Positions 41,616-60,066 of a stretch of DNA of 64,000 nt are shown here, piece by piece (position 1 is the stretch's first letter; each line of letters starts with the position of its first letter). The notes beneath the pieces are model-generated. The model was not told where the DNA came from and ran no database searches. It worked only from the letters and a program-made list of their open reading frames with translations. The stretch covers positions 4,192,001 through 4,256,000 of the forward strand of contig CM000153.2 of the NCBI GenBank assembly GCA_000004695.1, written 5' to 3'. The stretch is from Dictyostelium discoideum. Taxonomy: Eukaryota. The translations under genes and the position numbers were made by a program.

Positions 41616-42312
41616 CACAATAGAGTAGAGCTCTTAATTGATCTATTGATCTTGTGTAAATAAAAAAAAAATAAAAAATAAAAGTTTATTATTTAACTAA
41701 TTTAAATTACTAGTTTATTATTTAATATTTTGGTTAAAATAAAAAAAAAATAAAAAATAAAAAATAAAAAAATAAATCAAAAAAAAATAAGATATTAATA
41801 AAATTAAATTTTTTAATATTTATAAAATTAAATATAAATAAAAAAATAAAAAAATAAATAAAAAAATAAATAAATAAAAAAAATAAATAAATAAAAAAAA
41901 TCTTCTGATGGAACATTTAGAGGCTCCAAAAAAAAAAAAAAAAATAGAAAAGTGTTTAAAAACGAAAATTGAAAAAATTTTAAAAGTTAGGCTATTAATT
42001 TCGCAATAAAAATAAATATTCATATGATGATATCATGACTGTTATTAAAAAACAGTTCAAATTTATTATTATCCCTAATGTCATTCAATTCCAAAAAAGA
42101 AAAAAAATGTCCCTATCTCAAAAAATTTATTTTTTTTTTAATTTTTATTTTTATTTTTTTTTTTTTTAATTTATTTTAATTTTTTTTTTTTTTTTTTTAT
42201 ATTAATTAATTGGTGCACCAAAAGAAATATGTAAAGCGCATAAATTGTTAATAAATAAAAAGGGTAAAAAAAAAAAAAAAAAAAAAACCATAGTAAAAAC
42301 GTACGTTTGTTG

Positions 42313-42343
<31 letters not shown>

Positions 42344-42344
<1 letters not shown>

Positions 42345-43648
42345 TGAATACAAATAATAATTTTTCAAATGGGGAAGAAGTGTCAATCCATATTGGAACT
42401 GGTATAGATATTGCAGCAAAAGCATGGGGTCCAAAAGAGAGTTCACAAAAAATGCTTGCTTTACATGGTTGGTTGGATAATGCAAATACATTTGATTTCA
42501 TTGCTCCAATTCTCGCTGAAAAAGGTATTAGAATAATAGTATGTATATCTCCTGTGCACAATAATAAAAAAAATAAAAAAAATAAAAAAAAATAAAAAGT
42601 TATATAAAAAGTTTTTATATATAAGATATTAATTTTTTTTTTTTTTTATTTTTTTTTTTTTTTTATTTTTTTAATTAGGCAATTGATTTTATTGGACATG
42701 GATTATCACCACATAAACCAAGTTGGTGTAATTTATATTATACAGATTATATTACTCAAGTATTAGATGTTGCCGAAGCATTACAATGGAAAACCTTTTC
42801 AATAATGGGACATAGTATGGGTGCTGGTATAGCATCAATTGTTGCAGCAAGTATGCCACATTTAGTTGAACGTATCATTTGTTTAGATTTCATTGGTATA
42901 CTTTCAAAAGAACAAGATCAAATCAAAGCAATTCAATTCGCAATGCAAACTCGTACAACTATAAACAATAGAAAACCACATCTTTACAATAATAAACAAG
43001 CCATATTCGATAAATTAAAAGCAAACAATCCTTGGATTAAAGATGAAGCTGGTCAAAGATTATTAGATAGATCAATTGAATCTGTTATCTCTCCAACTAC
43101 TGGTGAGCAATGTTATAAACTTAGACATGATCCACGTTTAGTTGGTATGTTTATTATTATTATTATTATTAAATATTATCAATAATAATTTTTATTAATT
43201 TTTATTCATTTTTTTTTTTTTTTTTTTAGGACCATCAATTTTTATTATGCGTGAAGCAGAAGTTTTATTAATGTTGGATGAAATTCAATGTCCAGTTTTA
43301 TTGATTTGGGGTACGACATCATCTCAACAATTCCAAATTAAAAAGAATTGGACACAAATCATGGAAGGTAGAATGTCACATATAAAGAATTTAAAACAAT
43401 TGGTTGTACCAGGTTCTCATCATTTCCATATGGAAAATACTTCTGCATTCTCTCAAGATATTTTAGAATTTATGTTTGAAGAAAAGGATCTCTCTTTTAC
43501 ACCATCATCAACTACTCAGCAGCAACAACAACAGCAACAATCAGCTGAAAATAAAAAGGGTGATAATCATAATCAAATAGCTGAACAAGATTTATCAACT
43601 TCAAATACTTCTTCACCAATTATTTCAAAACCAAAACCCAATTTGTAA
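42344..43648 (+). CDS. Alpha/beta-hydrolase fold protein (serine hydrolase), join(42344..42538,42679..43144,43230..43648)
   Basis: Exon 1 reads ..KMLALHGWLDNANTFD (the HGxxxN oxyanion region). Exon 2 has the nucleophile elbow GHSMGAGIA. Exon 3 has the ..VPGSHHFHMEN His region. Both donors are GTATGT; acceptors are ATTAG and TTTTAG, and phases check. Confidence 0.75.
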
Positions 43649-44624
43649 ATTTTATATAATAATTCTCCATCACATTTTTTGGTTTATCAAAAAAAAAAAA
43701 AAAAAAAAAAAAAAGAAACTAACCTATTTGTTTTAATTATTAGATATAAATATATTATTGGTGATTCATAAAATAATGCGTTATTATAAATTATATATTT
43801 AAAAATAAATAAAATTTATAAAAAATAAAATTTATAAATAAAAATATAATATTTTTTTAATTATCAATAATTTTATTTAATTTAATTTAATTATTTTAAA
43901 TTTCTTTGATTATTAAAACTATAAATCATTCTAATTATTATAAATAAATTTTGGAATATTAATATTATTTAAAAGGAAATTGAATAAAAAAGTAAAAATA
44001 TAATAAAAAAAAAAAAAGAGAAGGTTGTTGACTAAAAAAAAAAAAGAAAAAGGTCGTTGTTGACTAAAAAGAGAATTAGGTCGTTGGCTCAAAAAAAAAA
44101 AATAAAAAAAAAAAAAAAAAAAAAGAAAATTATTTTCACTTTTATTTTTTTAATTGCGTCAATTTTAATGATTTTTCGTTGTTTGAAACCTCCAAATCTT
44201 ATTGTTTTTTAATTTCATGTTTTAATTGTTTTTTTAATTTTAATTTTTTTTTTTTGATAAACAAAAAAAAAAAATAAAATAAAAAAAAGCTTTATTAAAT
44301 TGTTTTTTTTTTTTTTTTTTGTTTGTTTGTGTATTATTTCAAATAAAAGTTAATCTTGCATCATCAAATATTTGCAAATATAGATAAAGTTTTATGATTC
44401 AATAATGTATGTAGAACAATTTTATAGCCTAATAGCATTGGGAAAAAAAAAAAAAAACAAAACAAAAATCAATGTAATACAATTTGTAATTTGTCACTGT
44501 GTGTGTATATATTTTCTTTTTTTAATTTTTTTTTTTTTTTTTTATTTATTAAAAATATTTCGTCTGCTAATGTGTGATAATTATAAACACAGAAAAAAAA
44601 AAAAAAAAAAAAAAAAAAAATAAT

Positions 44625-44655
<31 letters not shown>

Positions 44656-44867
44656 TAAATATAAAAGTATTATGTTTGGAATGATGATATAATAAATTAC
44701 TAAAATTAATCTTTATTTTTCTTTTAATTTTTTTTTTTTTTTCACATCCATAGTAAAATATTTTATAACAACAATAATAATAATACTATTTAGTGAAAAT
44801 AATAACTACTATATCAATAATAATAAACTATCACTTAACTAAAGTAAAATAAAATAAATATTTAGAA

Positions 44868-46190
44868 ATGATTGCACTATTATTATTACAAATAATATTC
44901 TTTGTAGGGTATTATGTTATGAGTATTACATTTGGACTTTTTAAAATATTCTTAACATTATTGAAATTTAAAAATTTAGCAATTTCAACATTATGTAATA
45001 GAGTATGTTTTATATATATATATATATATTAATATATATATATATATTAATATATAAAAGTATAAAAAAAAAAAAAAAAATTAACTTTTATTTTATTTTA
45101 TTTTTATATTTTAAAAAAAAAAAAAAAATAGATACCAATTGAAGATAGAAAAAAAGTTGTAATTGTTGGAGGTGGATTTTCAGGTAGTATTGTAGCACAA
45201 AAATTAGAGAATGATTATCAAGTTACATTAATTGATACAAAGGATTTCTTTGAATTTACACCAAGTATACTTAGAACCATTGTTGAACCACAACATGTTA
45301 AAAAGATTCAAATTTTACATTCACATTATTTAAAGCATACAAATGTAATTCAAAAGGAAGTATTGGGTGTACAATCTAGAGAGGTGATTTTAGATGATAG
45401 GTCAGTTGAGTTTGACTATTTAGTGATAAACTCTGGCTCAAGTTATAATTCACCATTTAAAGAATCAAGTGTTGTCTCATCAGCACGTGCAAATACATTA
45501 CGTGAAAATTATTACCACATTAGAAAGTTGAAGAGAATTTTAATCATTGGTGGTGGTATCGTTGGAGTGGAGTTGGCCGCAGAGATAGTGGACCATTTCA
45601 AAGGCAAGGAAGTGACAATCGTGCATTCACAATCGAAATTAATGAACAGGTTCCCCAAGAAGACAATACGTTACACTGAGGAATTCTTACAAAAGCGTGG
45701 TGTTAAATTGATTTATAATGAACGTGTTGTGGCTCATAGGGGTCAAACATTCATAACCGATCAGGGTAGTGAGATCATTGCTGAGCAAGCGTTCCTTTGT
45801 ACTGGTATCGCACCAAATTCAAATTTCATTAAAAACAGCTACCCCGATGCCATCTCTGAGAATGGTTACATCAAAGCTAACGACCAACTCCAGATGGCCG
45901 GCACTACATTCTATCGTAATATCTTTGTGTCTGGTGACGTCTTACATGTACGTGAAGAGAAGTTAGCCCAAACTGCTGAATGCACAGCTTCAATAGTGGT
46001 CAATAATATCAATGCAATGGAAAGTCGTTGTGAACATAAAATGCAATCTTATAAACCTTTTGCAAAACCTGTTTTAATAAGTCTTGGAAAATATTCTGCT
46101 ATCTTTGTTTATAAAGATTACTCAATAACTGGTTTCTTACCAGCTTTATTAAAACAAGCTGTTGAATTTAAAACAATGGTTAGATATTAA
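44868..46190 (+). CDS. AIF-like FAD/NAD(P)H oxidoreductase (AIFM2/FSP1-like), join(44868..45002,45132..46190)
   Basis: Exon 1 is a hydrophobic N-terminal anchor (MIALLLLQIIFFVGYYVMSITFGLF..). Exon 2 has a Rossmann motif VVIVGGGFSGS and a second one LIIGGGIVGVELAAEI. FLCTGIAPNS and VSGDV..V also align with AIFM2. The intron 45003..45131 is made of (TA)n repeats. Confidence 0.8.
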
Positions 46191-47576
46191 AAAAAAAAAA
46201 TCTAAAAAATTATTTTAATTATTATTTTTAATTTTTTTTTATTTTTTTTTTTATATCAAGATATTTATAAAACTAAAAAAGAAAAATAAAAAAAAAAAAA
46301 AAAATGGAATTAAAAAAAAAAAAAATGAATTAATTTAAACCCAAGTATCCAATCACATATTTTCTTTTTTTTTTTAACTTTTTTTTTTTTTTTTATTTTT
46401 TTTAATTTTTTTTTAATTTTATTATTTATTTTCCTTTATATATTAATCCCTCATTGTTAGATATTGAAGATAAAATCCAAATTATTTTTTTTTTTCCAAA
46501 CTAAATAAATTATGATTTTTTTTTGTTTTATTATTTTTAGATTTTTAAAAAAAAAAAAAAAATAAAATAAAAATCTTAAAAAAAAACATAATATATTTTA
46601 TTTGGTAAAATATAAAAAATAAAAATAATCATTCATTTGTAAAAAGTTTCTAAAGTATGTGGTGTGTAATTTTAACACAAAACACACACACCTGCAAAAT
46701 TTTGATTTTTTTTTAATTTTTTTTTTTTTTTTTTTTACCATATGATTTAATTTTTTATTTTATTTTATTTTTTTGTATGTATGTATGTAAGTATGTATAT
46801 TTTTTATTTTTTTTTTTATTTTTTTTTTTTATTTCATTATTTTTTTTTTTTTTTTTGATACCATTTGAATCAAAACTTTAATAACACATCACATTCACCC
46901 AACTACTCACAAAATAATTTCCTAAATTATTGTAAAATAATAGCTTTATTGTTGTTGATATATCCATTTGTAAGCTAATAATATTTTTTGATTAGATTTA
47001 CGTGTTGATAAATTGTTTCAATCACCCATTTTTACAAGCACACTCACTCACACACTAACTTTTACTTCACACTCAATAATAAAAATAATATATATAATTA
47101 GATGTACAATTTTAGATTAATTAATTACACTCAAGAGTATAAGTAGTGGTAATATTTAAACAATTTATTTTTTTTTATTTTTTATATTTATTTATTTATT
47201 TTGTTTTGTTTTGTTTTTTGCGTGTGGTTTTAATTTTTTTTTTTTTAATGTTGTTTTGTTTTGTTTTTTTTTTTTTTTTCCTTAATATTAATACACATAA
47301 TAACAATTTGTCAATATATATTTTTTTTTTATTAAAAAAAATAAATAAAGATATTTTATTTCACATTAATAAATTATTTTTAATTTTATCATTTTCTATT
47401 CATTTTTTTTATTTGTTTTTTTTATTTTTTTTTTTTAAATTATTTTATTTCCTTAAACACAAAACATGTAAATATAAGAATTTAATTTAATAAAATCTAA
47501 GATTTATTTATATAATTGTTTAATTTCTAATAAATTTTTTTTTTTTTTTTTTATTATATTAAATAAAGAAATCAAT

Positions 47577-47612
<36 letters not shown>

Positions 47613-47633
47613 ATATATATATAATAAAATAAA

Positions 47634-50645
<3,012 letters not shown>

Positions 50646-50818
50646 TAATTTAAAAAATAATAATTTAAAAAATAAAAAAAAAAATAAAAAAAATAATAAT
50701 ATATTTAATAAACAAAAAAAAAAAAAAAAAAAAATTTTAATTTGTAAAAAAAAAAAACAAAATAAATAATTTAAATAAATTAAAAAATAAAATTAAAATT
50801 AAAATAGTTATTTAATTT

Positions 50819-50841
50819 TTGTGTGTGTGTGTGTGTGTGTA
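50819..50841. repeat. (TG)11 dinucleotide microsatellite
   Basis: tgtgtgtgtgtgtgtgtgtgtatgg in AT-rich intergenic DNA. Confidence 0.9.
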
Positions 50842-51030
50842 TGGTGAATTTGATTAAAAAAAATAATTATATAATTTTTTTTTTTTTTTTTAAAATTAAT
50901 TTTTTTTTTTTTTTTTTAAAAATAATCATTTTTTAATAATTAAAAAAACACATTACCTTTATTATTAATTTTTTTTAAAATAAAAATACATATGTATATA
51001 TATAATTTTTATTATATATTTTTAAATTAC

Positions 51031-51075
<45 letters not shown>

Positions 51076-51078
<3 letters not shown>

Positions 51079-52413
51079 AATTTACCAATTTATTTATTAA
51101 AATATATAATTAGAATTGCTTGTAATTATATAAATAAAATTAGCAATGATTATTCATTTAAAAAGAATGAAATTTGTCAATTAAAAAAATCAATTTCTTT
51201 AACTTGTTGGACATTTTTTAAAACAATGTCATTAAATTTATCAGTTTTAATAATTTGTAATCAAACAAATGGAAATCAAGAAATTAAAAAAGTTTCAAGA
51301 ATTTTGGATAGTAGTAATGAAAAACAAAAATATCAATTATTAAAAAGGGAGAATATAACTTCAATTGGTTTTATTTATCATTATATATTTAATAATTTCA
51401 CAGATTTGGCAAGTTTAAATCAAGAGATACAATTATTTGAAAATTTAAATAAAATAGTTATTGATAGATGTGATTTAAATGTAATTAAACAAATTGAATT
51501 TGGCAATATTAAAATTCAAGATTATTATTTTAGTAATCATTCAACTAATATTCCATTTAGTTTAGCAACAAATGTAAAAGAGATTGCAAATTTATCAATT
51601 GCACCAAATAATTTATCAAATTTAATAATTGACTTTTTCATGAAAGGTGATATTAAAGTTAAAAGAATTTTAGAAATTGATTATCACAGTCCATGTCAAA
51701 TTCCATTTGAAGAGTTATTACCATCAAAAGCTCTAACATGTGTAAAAAATTATGATCTTTTAATTTTAACAATTAAAGATTTATATTACCTATTAAAAAA
51801 TTCACCAAATATAAAACGTTTATCATTTTATATTTGTTTTGATAATTTAATTTATCAATTTACAAATAAAAAAACATTACCTTGTAAATGTAGTGGTGTA
51901 AATGATGATGCTGATGGTGGCACAAATATTAATGATCAATATTTTGATCAAACTTGGGAGAATAATAATAGTGATGATGAAGTTATTGATCAATTTAAAT
52001 TTTATTGGGATTTTATTTCAAATGAAATTAAAAATCATAAAAAATTATCATTTTTAAAGATTGTTAATAAATGTTTAATTAATTATGACTCTGGTAGTAA
52101 TTATCAGAAGGAATCATCATTTCCTGAAGAATTTATTGAAAAATTTTCATATCCATTTAAAATGAATAATTCAATTAAAACTGTAGTGTTTAATGGGTTT
52201 CATACACCTGAAATTTATGAAAAAATAATTATCAATGGAAATAAATCAATCTTTAACTATCATTCTGAATTTTTGGATAATACTTTTCAAAAAAAGATTG
52301 AATACAAAGAATCAATTGAAAATCTCTTATCTAAAAATCATCATATAAAATATTTTTCATTAAAAGATAATAATAATTATTTATTAAATTATTCTAAAAA
52401 AATAATAAAATAA
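51076..52413 (+). CDS. F-box-like domain protein (445 aa), close paralogue of 22477..23805
   Basis: See the alignment blocks under 22477..23805. An F-box-like segment is present (..ISLTCWTFFKTMSLNL). Confidence 0.7.
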
Positions 52414-52480
52414 AAATGAAAATAAAAAATAAAAATAAATAAATTAATAAAAAGAGAATTATAATTATTTTTTTTATTTT

Positions 52481-52918
52481 TTAAATTAATGCAAATAATG
52501 CTGCTAATGTAACAAATGCAATTGAACCTATTAAAGTTGAGGCTGGACTGGTTGAGGATGGACTGGTTGAGGATGGACTGGTTGAGGATGAAGTAGTATC
52601 AGGAATACATGTGACAGTTAAGGTCGATACTTTGAATGGTTTGTTGTCTGGCAAACAAGTAACTTGTTGTTCTGCCATTAATGGTGTTTTACAATCTACA
52701 TCAATAAATGGATTGAGATTAAATTTAGATGGATCGTTTGTTGGTGTTACTTTACCATACAAATTTGTGCATACAGTTTGACAAGCTCCATTTTCTAATG
52801 TTATTATTTTAGTTGCATTACAACCTGGACCGTCAACTTTAAATCCGACATATCCAGTTGCATTTGACACTGCAAAAATTAAAGATAATAATAATAACAA
52901 TGATTTTATAAATAGCAT
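52481..52918 (-). CDS. Small secreted/GPI-anchored Cys-containing protein (145 aa), ponticulin-like architecture
   Basis: It has an N-terminal signal peptide MLFIKSLLLLLSLIFAVSNA and 8 Cys in the mature part. A Ser/Thr/Pro stalk (TSSSTSPSSTSPSSTSPAST) follows, and the C-terminal hydrophobic tail GSIAFVTLAALFALI fits a GPI-attachment signal. Confidence 0.5.
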   Translation of the reverse strand: MLFIKSLLLLLSLIFAVSNATGYVGFKVDGPGCNATKIITLENGACQTVCTNLYGKVTPTNDPSKFNLNPFIDVDCKTPLMAEQQVTCLPDNKPFKVSTLTVTCIPDTTSSSTSPSSTSPSSTSPASTLIGSIAFVTLAALFALI

Positions 52919-53072
52919 TTTTTTTTTTTTTTTTTTTTTTTATTTATTTAATTATATTTAATGTATTTATTTTAAATTACAAAAATAATAATAAAAAAAA
53001 AAAAAAAACACTTTAAATATTTTTTTTTTTTTTTCCACTAAAAATCTATTCTTGTTTTTGATTGTGATAGTA

Positions 53073-53105
<33 letters not shown>

Positions 53106-53483
53106 CCTATTGCCCAATAAAATCCTTTTAAATCTAGATTAATATATTTTCAAATAAAATTTAAAAAGAATTGAATTTTGTGAGAAAGAAAAGAAAAAAA
53201 AAAAAAGCGTTTAGAAAAGTTAAAATTTTAATTAATAAGAAAATGAATTTAAAATCTAAAGTTTCAACCAATTAAAACCATTGTTTAATTTTAATTTCAA
53301 ATAAAATCCAAAATCCCATTTTTTTATTTTTTTTTTTTTTTTTCAAATCGAAGGGTCCTTGTTGTTGGTGTTTTTTTTTTAAAAATTTTGGCTTTTTTTT
53401 TTTTTTTCCTTTGTTTTCAAAAATAAAATTAAAAAAAAAGAATTATTGTTGGAATAAAAAAAAAATTTTTTGGAGAGATATCT

Positions 53484-54608
<1,125 letters not shown>

Positions 54609-54654
54609 CCTTTTATGGTGCCTTGGTTAAAACTGAATGAATGCAAAAACGAAA

Positions 54655-54737
<83 letters not shown>

Positions 54738-55144
54738 ATTAAATATTTGATCAACAATTAAATAAGTTGATTGAAAATATCTAAACAATTTCTCCTTTTA
54801 CATTAATTTTACTTTATTTTTTATTTCTTTTTCTTATTCTTTTTCTTTTTTTTGTATATTTTTTTTTTATTTTTTTTTTTTTTATTAGAAGAAATAAAAA
54901 ATAAAAAAAAATTAGAAAAAACAAAACAAAAAAATTAAGATAATTGAATCAAATATCTTTTTTTATTTTTTAAACCATTTTAAAAAATAAAAGAAATCAA
55001 TAAATGAAGTGAAACAATTTCTAACTGAAAAATTATATTAAAAATCAAATTCATTTTTCAAAAAAAGGTACCAATTTTATAAAAAAGTTGCGCTTTTTTT
55101 TTTTTTAATGCGAAAAATTTTGAAAATTAAAAGGATAAATAATT

Positions 55145-55176
<32 letters not shown>

Positions 55177-55250
55177 TTTTTTCCCCTTTCAGTGAGACAA
55201 ATAATTGTTAAAATATATATAATCATTATCTTTTTATTACTATTATTTAA

Positions 55251-55312
<62 letters not shown>

Positions 55313-55435
55313 AAAAAAATAAAAAAAATAAAAAAAATAATAATAAAAAAAATAAAAATAAAAAATATATTAATGAATTAATTAATTTTAAGATCAATAA
55401 ATAAAATAAATAAAATAAAATAAAATTAAATAAAA

Positions 55436-55841
55436 ATGATTGAAGATAATATAAATAATAATGAAAATGAAAATGAAGATAAAAATGGAAATGGAAATGA
55501 AAATGAAAATGATAAAAATAATAAAAATAATAAATTTGAAGCTTTATTGATGCAATCACCAATTTCACAATCAACACCATTTATATTTCCATCACCAAAA
55601 ATAAACTCAAACATTTTAACAACAGAGCCATTAACAACACAATTGTCATCCTCACCAACAACTACACCGTCATTAAAAAAGAGAAAACCAAAAACAGTAA
55701 GAAATCCATTTATCGGTCCATCATCGAATAAAACCAAATCAAATTTCCCAGAGTTTCCATCTTGGACATTCGAGAAAAATAATAATGATTTTTGTCAAGG
55801 TGGTTTATCAATAAAAAATAAACACCTTTTTACTTTTGATG

Positions 55842-55918
<77 letters not shown>

Positions 55919-56379
55919 TTAAATATAAATTTTAATAATCGTAGTATTTATAATAATTATAAAAATAATAATAATTTCAATCAAAGTGATGATGAAGATT
56001 GTGAAAAAGATAATGATCGTTTTTTAAATTCAGAAAACTTTGATGAAGAGGAAGATGAAGAAGATGAAGATGATTGTACCAATAAAAATTTTGAATGGTC
56101 AATTGACATGTTGGCTACCATTATGCCTGTAAATATAACATTGGATAATCAACAAAATAATTTAAACTCTACCAACAATAGTGATAATGGCTATGAAAGT
56201 TCAACTGAATTGTTTGAATTTAAAAAATGGAAAATTGAAGATGAAAAAAAGTCAAATGATTATTTCAGTAGACCAACAATTTATCCACATGTAAAAATTA
56301 ATAATCAAAATAATCAAAATAATCAAAATAACTCTTTTTTATTTAAATCATCAAAAACAAACCAATCAATACAACAACT

Positions 56380-56422
<43 letters not shown>

Positions 56423-56432
56423 AATAATAATG

Positions 56433-56476
<44 letters not shown>

Positions 56477-56722
56477 TCAACCTTGACTTCTTCTAATAGT
56501 TTAAGTGGTATTAAAAGAAAGTCATCAGGAAGTAATTATAATAGTGAAGATGATACCTATTCAATTGAAAAGGATCAAACTGGTGTATCTGCATTTGTAG
56601 ATGATATTTTAATTGGAGATATAAATCTTAGTAGTATTAGTAGTATAGGTGGTGGAAATAGTGGAATCGTATTTGGTAGACCAACTATCTTTAATACCCC
56701 AACTCATTTTAATACATATATT

Positions 56723-56813
<91 letters not shown>

Positions 56814-56938
56814 GTGGATCAAACTCCAAACCTATTATTGCAAAAAGATTTCCAAATAGACCACAATTCCCAGAGTGTTTAGAAGAATCATTCTCAATAA
56901 ATTTAAACAAACAATCTCAAAATAACAATAATAATAAC

Positions 56939-57033
<95 letters not shown>

Positions 57034-57221
57034 TAATAATATTAAAATTATCAACAATAACAATAATGATTCTGACATATTTTTAACACCAATGACACCT
57101 GTGAAAATAACTAGTGTCACCAAGTCCACAAGAAAATCAAAATATAATTTTCATGTAACAGATCCATTGATACTACCTGATATATCACCAATCAAAATGT
57201 AAGTAATAAAAAATAAATTAA

Positions 57222-57260
<39 letters not shown>

Positions 57261-57500
57261 AATTTCCAAGGGATAATACAAATAATTAATTAATTAATTA
57301 ATTAAATAATTAATTAATTAATTAATTAAATAATTAATTAAATAATTAAATAAATAAATAAATAAATAATAATAATTTTTTTTATTTTTCTTAATAGTAA
57401 ACACCCAATAACTCCAACACAAATTAATAGCAATTCATCAAATAATATTGTGTCTCCATCTTCCTCTCCATCCAAAAAGTTCGAATATTGTAAATTTTAG
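55436..57500 (+). CDS. Hypothetical Asn/Gln-rich protein, join(55436..57198,57398..57500)
   Basis: A 588-aa ORF is followed by a GTAAGT donor that overlaps its apparent stop. The acceptor TTAATAG at 57397 continues in phase through 34 more codons (..IKHPITPTQINSNSSNNIVSPSSSPSKKFEYCKF). The intron is (AAAT)n/(TAAT)n-rich. Confidence 0.5.
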
Positions 57501-57796
57501 ACTATGTTAATAAACAAAAAAAAATAAATAATAATTATAATAATAAAAAAAAAAATAGAAAAATATGAATAAGATAAAAATAAATAAACAACCAAACAAT
57601 AGCAATTATTATTAATAATATATCAACAATAATTAGTAATATAAAATAAATTTGAAAAAAAACCCACAAAAAAAAAAAAAAAAATCACACCAACTGGTGT
57701 GAAACCTTTGGCATTATATAATCTTTTTTAAAAAAAAAAATAAAAAAAAATAAAAATAAAAAAATCTAAATCTTGAATTTGTAAAAAAAAGTGTAT

Positions 57797-57828
<32 letters not shown>

Positions 57829-57954
57829 ATTTATTTTATTTATTTATTTATTTATTTATTTATTCGCTTACTTTTTTTTTTTAAAAAAAAAAATATATTA
57901 TTTGTCTGACATGTAAAATATCGTCTTTTTGTTTAGAAAAAAAAAATTATAAAA

Positions 57955-57993
<39 letters not shown>

Positions 57994-58106
57994 AAATTTC
58001 ATATTTTAGAATCACGCGAGTATATTGTTTTTTTTTTTTTTTTTTCGTTTGTTTTTTATCTTTTTTTTTTTTGAAACAATAACATAATTTTGTATTTTTT
58101 ATTACG

Positions 58107-59736
58107 ATGATAAGCCAATCTTACAGAATTTTATCAAGAATCAGTAGAAATAATGAATTAAAAAAAACCTTTTTAACCAATTTAAACTGTAAATCATCAT
58201 CACCATCAATTATCAGAGTATGTTAATAATTTTCTCTCGTTAAAATAAAACAAATAAAGAAAATAAATAAATAAATAAATAATTGATAAATACAATAAAA
58301 GACCACAATAAAAATAAATAAATAAATGATAATTTTAAAAAAAAATAACAAGTATCACAAAATTCTAAATAAAAGAAATTAAACTATATCTATCTATATA
58401 TATATTATTATTTATATTTGATTGAAATCATAGAGTTTCTGTAAAAAACAAAATTTAGATGAAAATTTTGAATATACAAACAAATTAGAAGTTCAAGAAC
58501 TTAAACACTATATACCATGTTATACTATTATGGATCAAGAAGGTGTCGTTTCAAAACCTGACCAAGACCCAAATGTAAGTTTTGCATTATTATTATAATT
58601 ATTTTTTTTATTTTTTATTTTTTATTATTATTATTAATATTTTATTTTGTTTATTTATATAGTTTAGTAAAGAAGAAGTTATTAAAATGTATACAACAAT
58701 GTTAACATTAAATGTTATGGATTCAATTCTTTATGATGTACAAAGACAAGGTAGAATTTCATTTTATATGACATCATTTGGTGAAGAAGCAATTCATATT
58801 GGATCAGCAGCAGCATTAGAGATGAGTGATACAATTTTTGCACAATATAGAGAGACTGGTGTATTCATGTGGAGAGGATTCACAATCAATGATATTATCA
58901 ATCAATGTTGTACCAATGAACATGATTTAGGTAAAGGTAGACAAATGCCAATGCATTTCGGTTCAAGAAAGATTAATCTTCAAACTATTTCATCACCATT
59001 AACAACTCAATTACCACAAGCAGTGGGTAGCTCATACGCTCAAAAATTAGCAGGTGAAAAGAATTGTACCATCGTTTACTTTGGTGAGGGTGCTGCAAGT
59101 GAGGGTGATTTCCATGCTGCTATGAATTTCGCCGCAGCATTGTCAACACCAACTATCTTTTTCTGTCGTAACAATAAATGGGCAATCTCTACACCCTCAA
59201 AAGAGCAATACAAAGGTGATGGTATTGCTGGTCGTGGTCCAAATGGCTACGGTATGAAAACTATCAGAGTCGATGGTAACGATATTTGGGCCGTATACAA
59301 TGTGACTAAATTAGCACGTAAAATCGCCGTCGAAGAACAAGTTCCAGTTCTCATCGAAGCTATGACCTATCGTGTTGGTCATCATTCTACCTCTGATGAC
59401 TCTTCTCGTTATCGTACTGTTGAAGAGATCAACGCTTGGAAAGAAGGTAAAAATCCAATTAGTCGTTTAAGAAACTACATGAATCACAAAGGTTGGTGGA
59501 GTGATGCTCAAGAGAAGGAAACTATCGCAAACGCTCGTACTACCGTTCGTGAATCCTTAGTCAACGCTGAAAAACAATATAAACCATCAATCAATGAAAT
59601 CTTTACCGATGTTTATGATAAACCAACTCCAAATCTCATCGAACAACAAAAAGAATTAATTGAACATTTGAAATTATATCCAGATGAATATCCATTAAAT
59701 CAATTTGCTGATTCAAAATTAATTTTAAAAGATTAA
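58107..59736 (+). CDS. bkdA: Branched-chain 2-oxoacid dehydrogenase E1 alpha subunit (BCKDHA) homologue, join(58107..~58215,58434..58574,58663..59736)
   Basis: Exons 2-3 align with human BCKDHA over about 400 aa (NKLEVQELKHYIPCYTIMDQEGVV..FSKEEVIKMYTTMLTLNVMDSILYDVQRQGRISFYMTSFGEEAIHIGSAAAL..YREtGVfmwRGF..GKGRQMPMHFGS..SSPLTTQLPQAVG..YFGEGAASEGDFHAAMNFAA..IFFCRNNKWAISTP..GDGIAGRGPNGYGMKTIRVDGND..LIEAMTYRVGHHSTSDDSS.YR). Exon 1 is a basic mitochondrial-presequence-like leader. The GTATGT donor at 58216 leaves phase 1 while the exon 2 acceptor requires phase 0, so the exon 1 end is approximate. Confidence 0.8.
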
Positions 59737-59946
59737 TTTAATAATAATAAAATAAAAAAATAAAATAAAAAAAAAAAATTAAAATTAAAAATCTAAAAAT
59801 AAAATAAAAAAAAAAACATTGTTTTATTTTCTATTTTGGGTAAAAAAAAAAAAAAAAAAAAAACCTATGTAAAAGTATCATATAATCCATCAAAATTTGG
59901 AAAAAATTATCCAGATGAGGCTTATACTAAAAAAATAATAATAATG

Positions 59947-60066
<120 letters not shown>

